DNA from: Eukaryota sp. TZLM1-RC
Taxonomy: Eukaryota > Protista > Metamonada: BaSk clade
Length of the DNA stretch: 64,000 nucleotides
NCBI GenBank assembly: GCA_040285825.1
Contig: JAUPSS010000007.1
Span: forward strand, 768,501-832,500
Reading direction: 5' to 3'
Shown one piece after another: positions 62,997 through 64,000 of the stretch. The translations under genes and the position numbers were made by a program. Every line of letters begins with the position of its first letter. Positions within the stretch are counted from its first letter, which is position 1. Below the pieces are notes generated by a model that saw only the letters and a program-made list of their open reading frames with translations, did no database searches and had not been told where the DNA came from.

Positions 62997-64000
62997 ATGA
63001 AACTTCTTGTCTTACTACTACTGCTCACGGCAGTTTTCGCCCGAAGTGTTCCTTTCATTATCTACCATACCACTGTTGTCCATGGATGGCTCCTTCCTAA
63101 GCGTCACAATTCCACTGAATACGCCTATTTTGGAGATTTACAATCCATGATTGAGCACACTAATAGCACCCCCACCCCCACTACCCTCAACCCCAACCCC
63201 ACTACCCTCAACCCCAACCCCACTACCCCCAACCCCAACCCCACTACCCCCAACCCCAACCCCACTACCCCCAACCCCAACCCCACTACCCTCACTTATT
63301 ATTATTATTACTCCTCACTTACTGGTCATTTGTCCCAAACTCTTGTTGGTATTAACAATGCAGATGTTACCTTTATTAATGTTGATGTAGTGCATTCACA
63401 AGCTTCTAGACATGTTGAATTAACCAATTGTGACTTCACTGCAACTGATGTCCAATTAAACAATCTTGAAGTTAAAGTTTTTGATATAAAGAGTGGTTCT
63501 GTTTTTGAAGGTTTGTGTGTACAACTTTTAAATATTGATACTCCATCTGAAGCTCCTTTGAATACTTCCTTCAGTAAAGTAACTTTGGTTGATTCTAAAA
63601 TACTTGATTCATCTGTTTTTAGATTAATAGATTTCAATTCTAGTGCAGAAACTACTTTAACTAATTTGGTTCTCATCAATTTTTCTTCTTATTCAGGTTC
63701 ATTCATCAATGCTGATGACTCAACCTTGGATTTCACGTATGTCAAAACTTTGGTCCAGTTGATTCTGATGGAAAAGTCATTGGTGGATGTGCTAATGATG
63801 AACCACTTATTACTCTTGTTAAATCTAATGTTGATTTTGATGATGTAGTTGTTGTTGGTTTTCAATCTCAATCTATTGTTACTACTGATTCTACTATTGA
63901 TTTAGAAACTGTTCTTGTTCGTCATTCTACTGCTAACGATGGTCACTTTGAATTAACTAATTCTGACCTCAAACTAACTAATGTTGAATTTAAGAATCTT
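62997..64000 (+). CDS. Secreted or surface protein with Pro-Asn-Thr repeats (runs off the window; frameshift near 63750)
   Basis: Signal peptide [15 protein letters not shown]; similar beta-strand-rich coding continues in another frame to the window end. Confidence 0.65.
63168..63292 (+). repeat. 21-bp tandem repeat (CCCCAACCCCAACCCCACTAC) encoding PNPNPTT
   Basis: About 6 units visible directly. Confidence 0.95.

Noticed and set aside
63168-63292. CCCCAA hexamers as telomeric repeat or CRISPR-like array
   Set aside because: In-frame 21-bp coding repeat with no spacers.

Overview
This is AT-rich eukaryotic DNA from a compact, protist-like genome with the standard genetic code and tiny 28-34 nt spliceosomal introns. 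The host cannot be named from sequence alone. Housekeeping genes (RAB5IF-like, USE1-like SNARE, enolase, XRN2, DNAJC7, UBC2/RAD6, SGF29-like tudor protein, Ser/Thr kinase, EF-hand protein, eIF1A, RNASEK-like) sit among dense mobile DNA. That mobile DNA includes many CRE-type (restriction-like endonuclease, RLE) non-LTR retrotransposon copies with 12-14 bp TSDs, three families of Ty3/gypsy-like elements with very short LTRs, and pogo and hAT remnants. The standout is a pair of divergent, transposase-free Fanzor1-type (eukaryotic TnpB-derived) RNA-guided nuclease loci on the minus strand: one intact (19365-21356, with an extra N-terminal CCHC knuckle) and one pseudogenised (28622-30489). Each is followed by a ~105-nt structured segment with conserved 5' and 3' motifs (candidate omegaRNA scaffold) and preceded by a ~400-nt homologous non-coding leader. 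All homology calls come from motif recognition and by-eye alignment; no searches were run.
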